From contig CANNAC010000001.1 in NCBI GenBank assembly GCA_947502495.1, positions 618,906 to 682,905 on the forward strand: DNA of 64,000 nt, read 5' to 3'. A model generated the notes under the pieces. The model did no database searches. It had not been told where the DNA came from and was given only the letters and a program-made list of their open reading frames with translations. Positions 40,834-49,747 of this stretch are shown here, in pieces. Each line of letters opens with the position of its first letter. The stretch's first letter is position 1. The translations under genes and the position numbers were made by a program. This DNA is from an uncultured Flavobacteriaceae bacterium. GTDB taxonomy: Bacteria; Bacteroidota; Bacteroidia; Flavobacteriales; Flavobacteriaceae.

Positions 40834-40857
40834 TATCAAATACTAAAAATTTATACT

Positions 40858-41628
40858 ATGAAAAACTTATTTAAATTAACATTTCTAGCACTGTTTTTAA
40901 TAACAGGATTCATTGCTTGCTCGAGCGATGACAGTAATTCTTTAGTCGATGGAGAAGAGGAAGAAGGAGGAGAAGAAGAAGTGGTAACAGAATTACATGC
41001 AGCATACGCAGCATTTAATACCGAAGCTGTAGATATTTATTTATCTAATGATGGCGCATCTGTAACGATAGAAACCACTGGTTTACCAAATCACGAAACC
41101 GTGTATTGGGGAGAAGGTAATGCACTTTACAGAGCAGAACCAGATGTGGATTTAACACCATCTATTATGTCTAGTAATAACAATGCAGTAAGTATTACTG
41201 TAGATGCTGTGCCAGATTTAACAGGTAGCACAGTAAGTACCAATTTTGATACGATAGGTATTGCCGTTAGTGGAGCATCTATTTTTAATGATCAAGAAGG
41301 TGGCGGTGCTTTAGATGCAGCAGCGGCTAGTTTAGATTGGACGGGAGCACACATTGGCCCTGGAGTTTACCACTACCATTTAGAGCCTAAAGCATTTTCA
41401 GATGACGATGAAAATCTAGTTGGTGTATTATTAGATGGCGTTTTTCTTTACGGAAGAAAGTGTAATGCAGCAGGATCTTATCCTTCAGATTTAGATGCAT
41501 CAGGTGGTCATACAACTGCTACGCAATATACAGATGGTCAAGAAGAATACCATTACCATATTATTAACGAATTATATTCAAATACAGGTTCATATATCGC
41601 ATTTGCAGGACCTTACCAAGGATACTAA
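40858..41628 (+). CDS. YHYH-domain lipoprotein
   Basis: Lipobox FIA-C then SSDD; TGLPNH, IGIAVSG, GVYHYHLEP, DLDASGGH, EYHYH. Confidence 0.88.
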   Translation: MKNLFKLTFLALFLITGFIACSSDDSNSLVDGEEEEGGEEEVVTELHAAYAAFNTEAVDIYLSNDGASVTIETTGLPNHETVYWGEGNALYRAEPDVDLTPSIMSSNNNAVSITVDAVPDLTGSTVSTNFDTIGIAVSGASIFNDQEGGGALDAAAASLDWTGAHIGPGVYHYHLEPKAFSDDDENLVGVLLDGVFLYGRKCNAAGSYPSDLDASGGHTTATQYTDGQEEYHYHIINELYSNTGSYIAFAGPYQGY

Positions 41629-42246
41629 ATGAAAGCTTTTAAACTATATTTATTACTTATTTCTATTTTTCTTATTGCTTGTGACAGTACAACCAACAAG
41701 AAAGATATCACTGCTGGCGCTATAGCTAAAACGCAAATAGATACTGCTGCCGTGGTTAATAAAGATAGTTTAATTTTAAATGGAAATAAAGGAGTTTGGT
41801 CTTATAAAGATCAACCGTTTACAGGCTATGCGGTTCGATTCTATGCCAATGATTCTTTAAAAGAAAGAACAGGTTTTTTAAATGGTAAAAAACAAGGAGT
41901 CTATAACGTTTGGTTTGAAAACGGCGTTTTGAAATTAGAATCTAATTATAGTCACAATGTATTGGAAGGCATATACAAAACATGGTGGAATAACGGTGTT
42001 TTAGCATCGGAAACTAACTATGTAAAAGGGAAAAAACAAGGGGTAGAACAAAAATGGTTTTCTAATGGGGAATTATCCAAAAAAAGCAATTTATTAGAAG
42101 GTAAAGAAGATGGTTTACAGCAAGCTTGGCTAGAAAACGGAAAGCTATATGTAAACTATGAAGCTAAAAACGGACGTATTTTTGGAATGCGTCGTGCGAA
42201 CTCTTGTTACCAATTAAAAGACGAAGTGGTTATTAGAAAAAAATAA
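41629..42246 (+). CDS. MORN-variant repeat lipoprotein (YwqK-like annotation)
   Basis: Lipobox LIA-C; tandem NGKKQGVYNVWFENG-type repeats. Confidence 0.85.
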   Translation: MKAFKLYLLLISIFLIACDSTTNKKDITAGAIAKTQIDTAAVVNKDSLILNGNKGVWSYKDQPFTGYAVRFYANDSLKERTGFLNGKKQGVYNVWFENGVLKLESNYSHNVLEGIYKTWWNNGVLASETNYVKGKKQGVEQKWFSNGELSKKSNLLEGKEDGLQQAWLENGKLYVNYEAKNGRIFGMRRANSCYQLKDEVVIRKK

Positions 42247-42250
42247 GCTT

Positions 42251-42916
42251 ATGAAAAATCTATTTATTATTACGCTAATCCTTTTTACAAGTTGTAATAC
42301 GGAAGTAAAAAAAGAAAATATTAAAGTTGTTGAAAATAGCAGAGTAGCTTATTTACCTTTTTATGATGACGAATCGTTTACGCCCAAATGGATAACTCCA
42401 AATACGGAAGAAGAAAAAACATTTCATAAAATCCCAGATTTTTCATTAACCAATCAATTAGGAGAAACGGTAAGTCAAAATACATTTGAAAATAAGATAT
42501 ATGTAACCGATTTCTTTTTTACTAGCTGCCCAGGTATTTGTCCGAAAATGACAGGTAATATGGCACTAATTCAGGAAGCATTCAAGGACGATAACGAGGT
42601 TTTATTATTATCGCATTCTGTAATGCCAACTACAGATTCTGTATCTGTTTTAAATACCTATGCTAAAACCTATGGAGTTATAGAGAATAAATGGCATTTG
42701 GTTACTGGAGATAAAAAGGATATTTATACCTTAGGAAGAGAGCAGTATTTTGTGGAAAATGATTTGGGAGAACCAAAAAATATAAACGATTTTTTACATA
42801 CCGAAAACTTTCTGCTAATAGATAAAAACAAGCACATTAGAGGCATTTATAATGGCTTAAATAGAGCTTCCGTAGCACAGTTAATTACCGATATAAAAGC
42901 ACTTAAAACGGAATAA
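42251..42916 (+). CDS. SCO1/SenC-family copper chaperone lipoprotein
   Basis: DFFFTSCPGICPKM (CxxxC) and FLHTENF conserved His. Confidence 0.93.
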   Translation: MKNLFIITLILFTSCNTEVKKENIKVVENSRVAYLPFYDDESFTPKWITPNTEEEKTFHKIPDFSLTNQLGETVSQNTFENKIYVTDFFFTSCPGICPKMTGNMALIQEAFKDDNEVLLLSHSVMPTTDSVSVLNTYAKTYGVIENKWHLVTGDKKDIYTLGREQYFVENDLGEPKNINDFLHTENFLLIDKNKHIRGIYNGLNRASVAQLITDIKALKTE

Positions 42917-42988
42917 AACAACCGATAATAGAATAAATGAAACGGATTACTTTTAAAAGCTTAGTTATTTTTATCTTAGAGCAATTAA

Positions 42989-45900
42989 ATGTATCCAATA
43001 ATGTCGAAAAAATTATTCTGTAAACTTTCTATTTTTTTATTTCTTTGTTCTTGTGCGACCTATAAAGCACAGTACAATACCAACACTTCAAATACTAGTT
43101 TTCCGGATAAAGAAATCGAGCATTCGTTCTATTTAATTGGGGATGGAGGTAATTCGCCTATGGGAGAATCTTCCAAAACACTACAAGCTTTTAAAGCGGA
43201 ATTGGCAAAAGCTACCAAAAATAGTACAGCACTTTTTCTAGGAGATAATATTTATCCGAAAGGATTACCTAAAGAAGAAGCGGAAGGTAGAGCACTTGCA
43301 GAACATCAGTTAAATATTCAAACGCAAACCACAGCAGATTTTAAAGGAAAGGCTATTTTTATTCCTGGAAATCACGATTGGTATAGCAACGGACTTAAAG
43401 GATTAAAACGCCAAGAGAAGTATATCGAGAATATTTTAGGTAAAGACACTTTTTTACCAGAAAATGGCTGTCCTATAGAAAAAATACATGTTTCCGATGA
43501 TGTCGAATTAATACTTATTGATACACAATGGTTTGTTACCAATTGGGATAATCATCCAACCATTAATGACGATTGTGAGATTAAGACTAGAGCATTGTTT
43601 TTTGACGAATACAGTAGTTTAATAAAAAAAGCTAGAGGTAAAACAACCATCGTAGCTCTGCATCATCCTATGTATACCAACGGTATTCATGGCGGTCAAT
43701 ATGATTTTAAAAGTCATATGTCACCTGTTCCTGTTTTGGGGTCTCTTAAAAATCTACTGCGAATCACTACTGGAGTTGCGAATGCAGATATACAAAACAA
43801 ACGATATAATGAATTAAGAAAACGACTGATAACTATTTCGCAAGAAAACAGTAAAATCGTTTTTGTTTCTGGGCATGAGCATAATTTACAGTATTTAGTA
43901 GAAGATAATTTACGTCAAATTGTAAGTGGTTCTGGTTCTAAAGTTACTGCTACTAGAAATGTTGGTGGTGGTCAGTTTTCTTACGGAACGCCAGGATATA
44001 CCAGATTAGATGTGTTTAAAGATGGTTCTTCATATGTACGTTTTTATTCGGTAGAAGACGATAAAATTGTATTTGAAACCGAAGTACTAAAGCCAGATAC
44101 AGATAAAACAGATACCATGTATCCGAAAACATTTCCGAAAGAAATGACTGCTTCTATTTATTCCGAAGAAGAAACCGATAAATCTGGTTTAACAAAATTT
44201 CTTTGGGGAGAAAGATATAGAAGTACCTACAGCACAAAGGTTACCGTGCCAACAGTAGATTTAGACACGCTTTTTGGAGGTGTAACTCTTGGTCGTCGTG
44301 GCGGTGGAACACAATCTAAATCCTTACGTCTTATTACTAAAGATGGGAAAAAACAATATGTAATGCGTGCCATGCGAAAACTTGGTACACAGTATTTACA
44401 AGCTGCATTTTTTAAAGATCAATATCTGGATGGTAAGTTCGACGATACCGCAGCAGAAGATTTAATTTTAGATGTATTTACGGGTTCGCATCCGTATGCA
44501 CTTTTTACGGTTGGTGATTTATCGGATGCTGCAGGCATTTATCATTTAAATCCAAAACTATATTATGTTCCGAAGCAAAATGCACTAGGAGATTATAACG
44601 AACAATTTGGGGATGCTTTATATATGATTGAAGAACATGCTTCTGATGGGCATGGAGATCAAGCAAGTTTCGGATTTTCGAATACCGTTTTAAGCACTAC
44701 AGATGTGATGAAAGAGCTTCATCAAGATGAAGATATGGTCATGGATGAAGCAGCTTATATTCGTGCGCGTTTATTCGATATGTTAATTGGCGATTGGGAT
44801 AGACATCAAGATCAATGGCGTTGGTTAGAGTTTAAAGAAAATGGTAAAAAAGTATACCGACCTTTACCAAGAGATAGAGATCAAGTGTTTTCTATCATGT
44901 CGGATGGTGCAATGCTAACCTCGGCCGTAGCTCTTATTCCTACCGCTAGATTGTTACGAAGATATGATGATGATTTAGTAGATGTTCAAGGTGTAAATGT
45001 AGAACCGTATCCTTTAGATATGGAATTTATTATGCAATCGGATAAAGGTGTTTGGGATGCCCAAGTAAAAGTCATTCAAGAAGGGGTTACCGATGCCGTT
45101 ATTGATACCGCTTTTTTAAATTTCCCAGAAGAAGTTAGGGGAGAAGTAACCGATAAAATTAAAGCAACTTTAAAAGCACGTCGCGCTAATCTTCAAAAAA
45201 TATCGGATAGATATTACGACTTGGTAAATAAATTCGCAGTTATAAAAGGTACAAATAAAGACGATTGGTTTGATGTGGAGCGTTTGTCTAACGGAAAAAC
45301 AAAGGTTACAGCATATCGAATTAAAGGTGGAGAAAAAGCAGATATATTTCATGAATGTATTTATGATAATGAGAAAACTAAAGAAGTATGGATTTATGGT
45401 TTAGATGACGATGATACTTTTCATGTCTTTGGAAAGGATACCAAAAACCAAATGCGTGTGCGTTTAATTGGCGGACAGAATAATGATGTATATAATATTG
45501 AAGAAGGAAAACGTATTACGTATTACGATTATAAGTCTAAAGAAAATACCATTATTACTAATAAAGGGCATCAAAAATTTTCAGACGATTACGAAACGAA
45601 TGTGTACGATTACAAGAAATTAAAAAATAATATAAATCAGATTATTCCAACCATTGGTTCGAATCCAGATGATGGCTTGAAAATAGGGGTTTCTAATACC
45701 TATACGGTTTATGGTTTTGAACGCAATCCTTTTACATCACAACATACACTTTCTGCTGCTTATTATTTTGCAACTAATGGTTTCGAATTGGATTATAAAG
45801 GAGAATTTGCTAATGTATTTAAAGGATTGAATTTCGGATTAGATCTTCATTTTAACAGTCCGAACTATTCAATAAACTTCTTTGATTATGGGAACTCTAC

Positions 45901-46702
45901 TCCAAATTTTGAAGCAGATGATAACGAGGCTTTCGATGTCGATTTAGATTATAACCGAGTTAAAATAAGAACATTTTTTGCGATGCCTTCTTTAGTATGG
46001 CGCGGACAATTAGGAGGTTATTTTAAAGTTGGTGTTTTATTTGAAAACAATGAAGTAGAAAGAACTAACGGACGATTTATTAACTCATTTATAGGAGATG
46101 GAAACGAAGTAAGTAACACTTTTTATGGTGCAGATGCTGCATATTCTTTTGAAAATAAAGACAATGAAGCATTCCCAACTTTAGGGATGCAATTTGGTTT
46201 ACAAGTTGGTTTTAAAAACAATATAGATTCTAATAAAGGATTTGGGTATATCATTCCAGAATTAGGTTTTGATTATAAATTAATCCCGAGTGGTAAATTA
46301 GTTTTGGCAACCAATTTTAGCGGTCATTTTAATTTAGGAGATAATTTTGAGTTTTATCAAGCAGCAACTTTAGGGGCAAATACTGGGTTACGTGGGTATA
46401 GAAACGAACGTTTTACCGGTAAAAGTGCATTTGTGCAGAGTACCGATTTACGTCTTAATTTTTTAAGTCTTAAAACCAACTTATTGCCAATAAGCCTTGG
46501 TGTTTATGGTGGTGCCGATTATGGTCGTATTTGGGTAGATAATGATTTGGTAGCAAATAGTTCTTATAATAGCGACAGTTGGAACACTTCCTTTGGGGGT
46601 GGTGTTTTTGTTACTATGGTAGAAATGTTTACTGCAAATGTATCTGCTTTTAATAGTGACGATGGGATGCGTTTCGCTTTTAAATTAGGCTTTGGGTTTT
46701 AA
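42989..46702 (+). CDS. Lipoprotein: metallophosphoesterase + kinase-like domain + C-terminal beta-barrel
   Basis: Lipobox LCS-C; GD, GDNIY, GNHDW, HH, GHEH phosphoesterase motifs; GDWDRH and DRD; amphipathic strands ending FKLGFGF. Confidence 0.85.
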   Translation: MYPIMSKKLFCKLSIFLFLCSCATYKAQYNTNTSNTSFPDKEIEHSFYLIGDGGNSPMGESSKTLQAFKAELAKATKNSTALFLGDNIYPKGLPKEEAEGRALAEHQLNIQTQTTADFKGKAIFIPGNHDWYSNGLKGLKRQEKYIENILGKDTFLPENGCPIEKIHVSDDVELILIDTQWFVTNWDNHPTINDDCEIKTRALFFDEYSSLIKKARGKTTIVALHHPMYTNGIHGGQYDFKSHMSPVPVLGSLKNLLRITTGVANADIQNKRYNELRKRLITISQENSKIVFVSGHEHNLQYLVEDNLRQIVSGSGSKVTATRNVGGGQFSYGTPGYTRLDVFKDGSSYVRFYSVEDDKIVFETEVLKPDTDKTDTMYPKTFPKEMTASIYSEEETDKSGLTKFLWGERYRSTYSTKVTVPTVDLDTLFGGVTLGRRGGGTQSKSLRLITKDGKKQYVMRAMRKLGTQYLQAAFFKDQYLDGKFDDTAAEDLILDVFTGSHPYALFTVGDLSDAAGIYHLNPKLYYVPKQNALGDYNEQFGDALYMIEEHASDGHGDQASFGFSNTVLSTTDVMKELHQDEDMVMDEAAYIRARLFDMLIGDWDRHQDQWRWLEFKENGKKVYRPLPRDRDQVFSIMSDGAMLTSAVALIPTARLLRRYDDDLVDVQGVNVEPYPLDMEFIMQSDKGVWDAQVKVIQEGVTDAVIDTAFLNFPEEVRGEVTDKIKATLKARRANLQKISDRYYDLVNKFAVIKGTNKDDWFDVERLSNGKTKVTAYRIKGGEKADIFHECIYDNEKTKEVWIYGLDDDDTFHVFGKDTKNQMRVRLIGGQNNDVYNIEEGKRITYYDYKSKENTIITNKGHQKFSDDYETNVYDYKKLKNNINQIIPTIGSNPDDGLKIGVSNTYTVYGFERNPFTSQHTLSAAYYFATNGFELDYKGEFANVFKGLNFGLDLHFNSPNYSINFFDYGNSTPNFEADDNEAFDVDLDYNRVKIRTFFAMPSLVWRGQLGGYFKVGVLFENNEVERTNGRFINSFIGDGNEVSNTFYGADAAYSFENKDNEAFPTLGMQFGLQVGFKNNIDSNKGFGYIIPELGFDYKLIPSGKLVLATNFSGHFNLGDNFEFYQAATLGANTGLRGYRNERFTGKSAFVQSTDLRLNFLSLKTNLLPISLGVYGGADYGRIWVDNDLVANSSYNSDSWNTSFGGGVFVTMVEMFTANVSAFNSDDGMRFAFKLGFGF

Positions 46703-46712
46703 TCCCAATTTT

Positions 46713-47057
46713 TTATATCGCCATTTCTCCTTTTTCCGTAACTACAGAAACACCCCAATCAGCAATAGCTTGGATTAGCGGTATTAAAGTTTTACCAAAA
46801 TCGGTTAACGAATACTCTACTTTTAAAGGTGGTTTAGAAGTGTATACCTTTCTTTTTACTATGTCATCTTCTTCCAAAGTCTTTAACTGTAAGCTTAACG
46901 TGCGCTCGGTAACCGTAGGCATTTGTTTTCTTAATTCGCTGTATCGAAGGGTTTCATCTATTAAATGAAATAAAATGACAGTCTTCCATTTACCGCCAAT
47001 TATTCCCATGGTTAAACTTGCGCAACATGGGTATTCTTTTCCTTTAAATTGATACAT
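46713..47057 (-). CDS. HxlR-family winged-HTH redox sensor
   Basis: YPCC N-terminal Cys, IGGKWKTVIL, LRYSEL, PLKVEYSLT. Confidence 0.92.
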   Translation of the reverse strand: MYQFKGKEYPCCASLTMGIIGGKWKTVILFHLIDETLRYSELRKQMPTVTERTLSLQLKTLEEDDIVKRKVYTSKPPLKVEYSLTDFGKTLIPLIQAIADWGVSVVTEKGEMAI

Positions 47058-47129
47058 AATATATGGGATAAATTTTAATATGGATATTTACTAACGCTAC
47101 AAAGATATAATACTATATTTAATTACACA

Positions 47130-47146
47130 ACTATACTTTTTATAGT
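47130..47146. promoter_or_regulatory. Candidate HxlR operator 1
   Basis: Perfect ACTATA-N5-TATAGT in the divergent intergenic region. Confidence 0.65.
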
Positions 47147-47244
47147 AAAAATACATAGTTATAACACGTTGTATTTCAGCAGGTTGTAATAAAATTTATA
47201 TACTATCCTTTTTGACCGTTATTGTGAGTTTTAATAACTATACT

Positions 47245-47271
47245 TACTTTTGTCACTATAAAAAATATAGT
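47245..47271 (+). promoter_or_regulatory. -7 promoter element plus candidate HxlR operator 2
   Basis: TACTTTTG (47245-47252) immediately followed by ACTATA-N5-TATAGT (47255-47271). Confidence 0.7.
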
Positions 47272-47301
47272 ACATTAAGTAAAATCCTAAATATCATAAA
47301 A

Positions 47302-47976
47302 ATGAATACACCAAACATTGCAAAAGAAGATATATTAAACGCATTTAACTTTAGACATGCTACCAAAGAATTTGACGCTACTAAAAAAGTTTCCGATGAA
47401 GACATGAAATTTATCCTAGAAACAGCACATTTATCACCTAGTTCATTTGGTTTCGAACCTTGGCATTTTATTGTTGTTCAAGACAAAGAATTACGTGAGT
47501 TATTAAAACCTGTAGCTTGGGGAGCACCTTTAAAACTAGATACTGCAAGTCATTTTGTATTGGGTTTAAGCATGAAAGCACCAATGGTAAAACATGATGC
47601 AGATTACATTATGCACATGATGAAAGATGTAAAACAATTACCTGCAGATGTTATTGAAATGTATTCTAAATTCTATAGAGAATTTCAAGAAAATGATTTT
47701 GATTTAGATACAGATAAAAAGTTATTCGATTGGTCATCTAAACAAACCTACATTGCTTTAGGTAATATGATGACAGCTGCTGCTTTAACAGGAATTGATT
47801 CTTGTCCGATAGAAGGTTTTCATCAAGAAAAAGCAGAAGCATTATTAAAAGAGAAGTTTGGAGTAGATACCGATAAATATGGTTTATCCTTTATGACTGC
47901 TTTTGGGTATAGAAAAGCCGATCCAGAATTCGGAAAATCAAGACGTAATTTTGAAGATATCGTAACATTCAAGTAA
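47302..47976 (+). CDS. Nitroreductase-family NAD(P)H oxidoreductase
   Basis: FRHATKEFD, SPSSFGFEPWHF, GIDSCPIEGF, AFGYR; ATG 47302 is downstream of the promoter (track TTG 47212 is upstream of it). Confidence 0.92.
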   Translation: MNTPNIAKEDILNAFNFRHATKEFDATKKVSDEDMKFILETAHLSPSSFGFEPWHFIVVQDKELRELLKPVAWGAPLKLDTASHFVLGLSMKAPMVKHDADYIMHMMKDVKQLPADVIEMYSKFYREFQENDFDLDTDKKLFDWSSKQTYIALGNMMTAAALTGIDSCPIEGFHQEKAEALLKEKFGVDTDKYGLSFMTAFGYRKADPEFGKSRRNFEDIVTFK

Positions 47977-48003
47977 GCAATTCCATCTAAAAAATACAAA
48001 AAA

Positions 48004-49011
48004 ATGAAAGCAATAGGATATAAAGAGAATCTTCCAATTGAAGATAAAAACGCATTACAAGACATAGAATTAAACACATCAAAAGCTACTGGAAAAGATA
48101 TTTTAGTAGAAATTAAAGCCATTTCTGTAAATCCAGCAGATTATAAAGTACGTGCAGGAATGCCAGTAGATGGTGATGATTGGAAAATTATTGGTTGGGA
48201 TGCTACCGGAATTGTAAAAGAAGTTGGAGAGGATGTCTCTTTATTTAAAGTTGGAGACGAAGTTTGGTATGCAGGTGATTTTACACGTCAAGGGAGTTAT
48301 GCGCAATACCAAGTTGTAGACGAACGTATTGTTGGTAAAAAACCAGCTAGTTTGTCGTATGCGGAAGCTGCAGCTTTACCGTTAACAACACTTACAGCTT
48401 ACGAAATGTTATTTGATAGATTACAAGTTGCAAAAGAGGATGCTAGCAAATCCATTTTAGTTATTGGTGCTGCTGGAGGTGTTGGTTCCATATTAGTACA
48501 ATTGGCTAAAAAGCTAACAAAACTGAATATTATTGGAACTGCTTCTCGCGAAGAAACTACAGGTTGGTTAAAAGATTTAGGTGCAGATTCTGTAATAAAT
48601 CACAGAAATAAATTAAGTGAAGAGTTTGAGAAGTACAACCTTCCTGCACCAGATTATGTAGTGAGTTTAAATGCGACTGAACAACATGCAGATGAGATTG
48701 TTAAAGTAATAAAGCCACAAGGAAGATTTGGTTTTATTGACGATCCCAAAACGTTTAATGTGATGCCTTTTAAAGCAAAAGCAGTGTCTACGCATATTGA
48801 GTTTATGTTTACACGTTCTATGTTTCAAACGGAAGATATGATAGAGCAGCATAATATTTTAAATGAAGTTTCTAGTTTAATTGACAACGGAACGATTAAA
48901 ACCACTTTAGGTGAAAACTTCGGAATTATCAATGCAGAAAACCTTCGTAAAGCACATGCTTTCTTAGAAACAGGAAAAGCAAAAGGTAAAATAGTTTTAG
49001 AAGGATTTTAG
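48004..49011 (+). CDS. MDR-family (zinc-binding ADH-like) NADPH:quinone oxidoreductase
   Basis: AISVNPADYK, GWDATG, AALPLTTLTAYE, GAAGGVG, GKIVL. Confidence 0.9.
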   Translation: MKAIGYKENLPIEDKNALQDIELNTSKATGKDILVEIKAISVNPADYKVRAGMPVDGDDWKIIGWDATGIVKEVGEDVSLFKVGDEVWYAGDFTRQGSYAQYQVVDERIVGKKPASLSYAEAAALPLTTLTAYEMLFDRLQVAKEDASKSILVIGAAGGVGSILVQLAKKLTKLNIIGTASREETTGWLKDLGADSVINHRNKLSEEFEKYNLPAPDYVVSLNATEQHADEIVKVIKPQGRFGFIDDPKTFNVMPFKAKAVSTHIEFMFTRSMFQTEDMIEQHNILNEVSSLIDNGTIKTTLGENFGIINAENLRKAHAFLETGKAKGKIVLEGF

Positions 49012-49042
49012 TTTGTTAGCGAACTGAAATTTTAATTACATA

Positions 49043-49225
49043 GTCACTTCGAGTGAATTTTGAGGCACGAGAAATTAGTATCGAGAAGTTTAGATAAAGT
49101 TGAATTTTTAATAATATGTCACTTCGAGTGTTTTTATTGAAATGCAATGAAAATGTATCGAGAAGCTTATTAACTCTAATGGTTCTCGATACAAAATTCT
49201 AAAAGAGAATTTCACTCGAACGGAC
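49043..49225. repeat. Cluster of three REP-like repeats (two direct, one inverted)
   Basis: GTCACTTCGAGTG...TATCGAGAAG at 49043-49088 and 49118-49165; inverted GTCCGTTCGAGTG...TATCGAGAAC at 49183-49225. Confidence 0.85.
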
Positions 49226-49245
49226 AAAAAATAAACACTAAAAAA

Positions 49246-49722
49246 ATGAATTTCAAATCCATTATAGCAACATTAGCAGTAATAGCAATGTTTGTAAGTA
49301 ATACGGTAAATGCACAAGTGACAACTAAAGATTCTATAGCAACTTCAAAAGTGCAACATTTCAATTTTGAAGATATGGAATCTGAAACTATTGGAGAAGG
49401 AATAAAACGTAAATGGTTTCATGGTGAAAAAGGACAAATGACCATTTTCAATTTAGAAAAAGGAGCTCATATTCCTTGGCACCAGCATCCAAACGAGCAG
49501 ATTACTTATATCATGTCTGGTAAAGTAAAAATCAAAACTATTATTGATGGTAAAGAAACTTTTGTAGAAGTTGCGGCAGGAGAAGTTATTGTTTTTCCAG
49601 AAAATGTACCACATGAGTTTTGGGCTTTAGAAGAAACAGTAGATTTAGATGTACATGTTCCTGTGCGTGAAGATTGGTTATCTAAAGAGTTACCAAGTTA
49701 CTTAAAGAAAACAAAACAATAA
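49246..49722 (+). CDS. Secreted cupin-domain protein
   Basis: Signal ending VNA-Q; WHQHPNEQ and VPHEF metal motifs. Confidence 0.88.
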   Translation: MNFKSIIATLAVIAMFVSNTVNAQVTTKDSIATSKVQHFNFEDMESETIGEGIKRKWFHGEKGQMTIFNLEKGAHIPWHQHPNEQITYIMSGKVKIKTIIDGKETFVEVAAGEVIVFPENVPHEFWALEETVDLDVHVPVREDWLSKELPSYLKKTKQ

Positions 49723-49747
49723 ATTGCTAAAACATAAAATTACCGAT

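Noticed and set aside
41629-42246. Toxin-antitoxin (YwqK antitoxin) interpretation
   Set aside because: Only MORN-variant repeats on a lipoprotein; neighbours are YHYH and SCO, with no recognisable toxin
47212-47301. N-terminal extensions in the track (also 3754, 9057, 13320, 33470, 49724, 51754, 54751)
   Set aside because: Mostly TTG/GTG starts running through promoter or repeat DNA; downstream ATGs fit family starts or signal peptides better
47970-47990. CAAGT...CATCTAAA resembling the ECF motif upstream of the MDR gene
   Set aside because: Spacer is 9 nt rather than 15 and the RCR prefix is absent
49043-49225. Possible CRISPR array
   Set aside because: Only three units, one inverted, with irregular spacing, variable interior and no cas genes; fits REP-like repeats
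49246-49722. Cupin DMSP lyase (DddW/DddK-like) with downstream acrylate detoxification
   Set aside because: Only the generic cupin metal motif is visible; cannot be assigned without profile searches or assay
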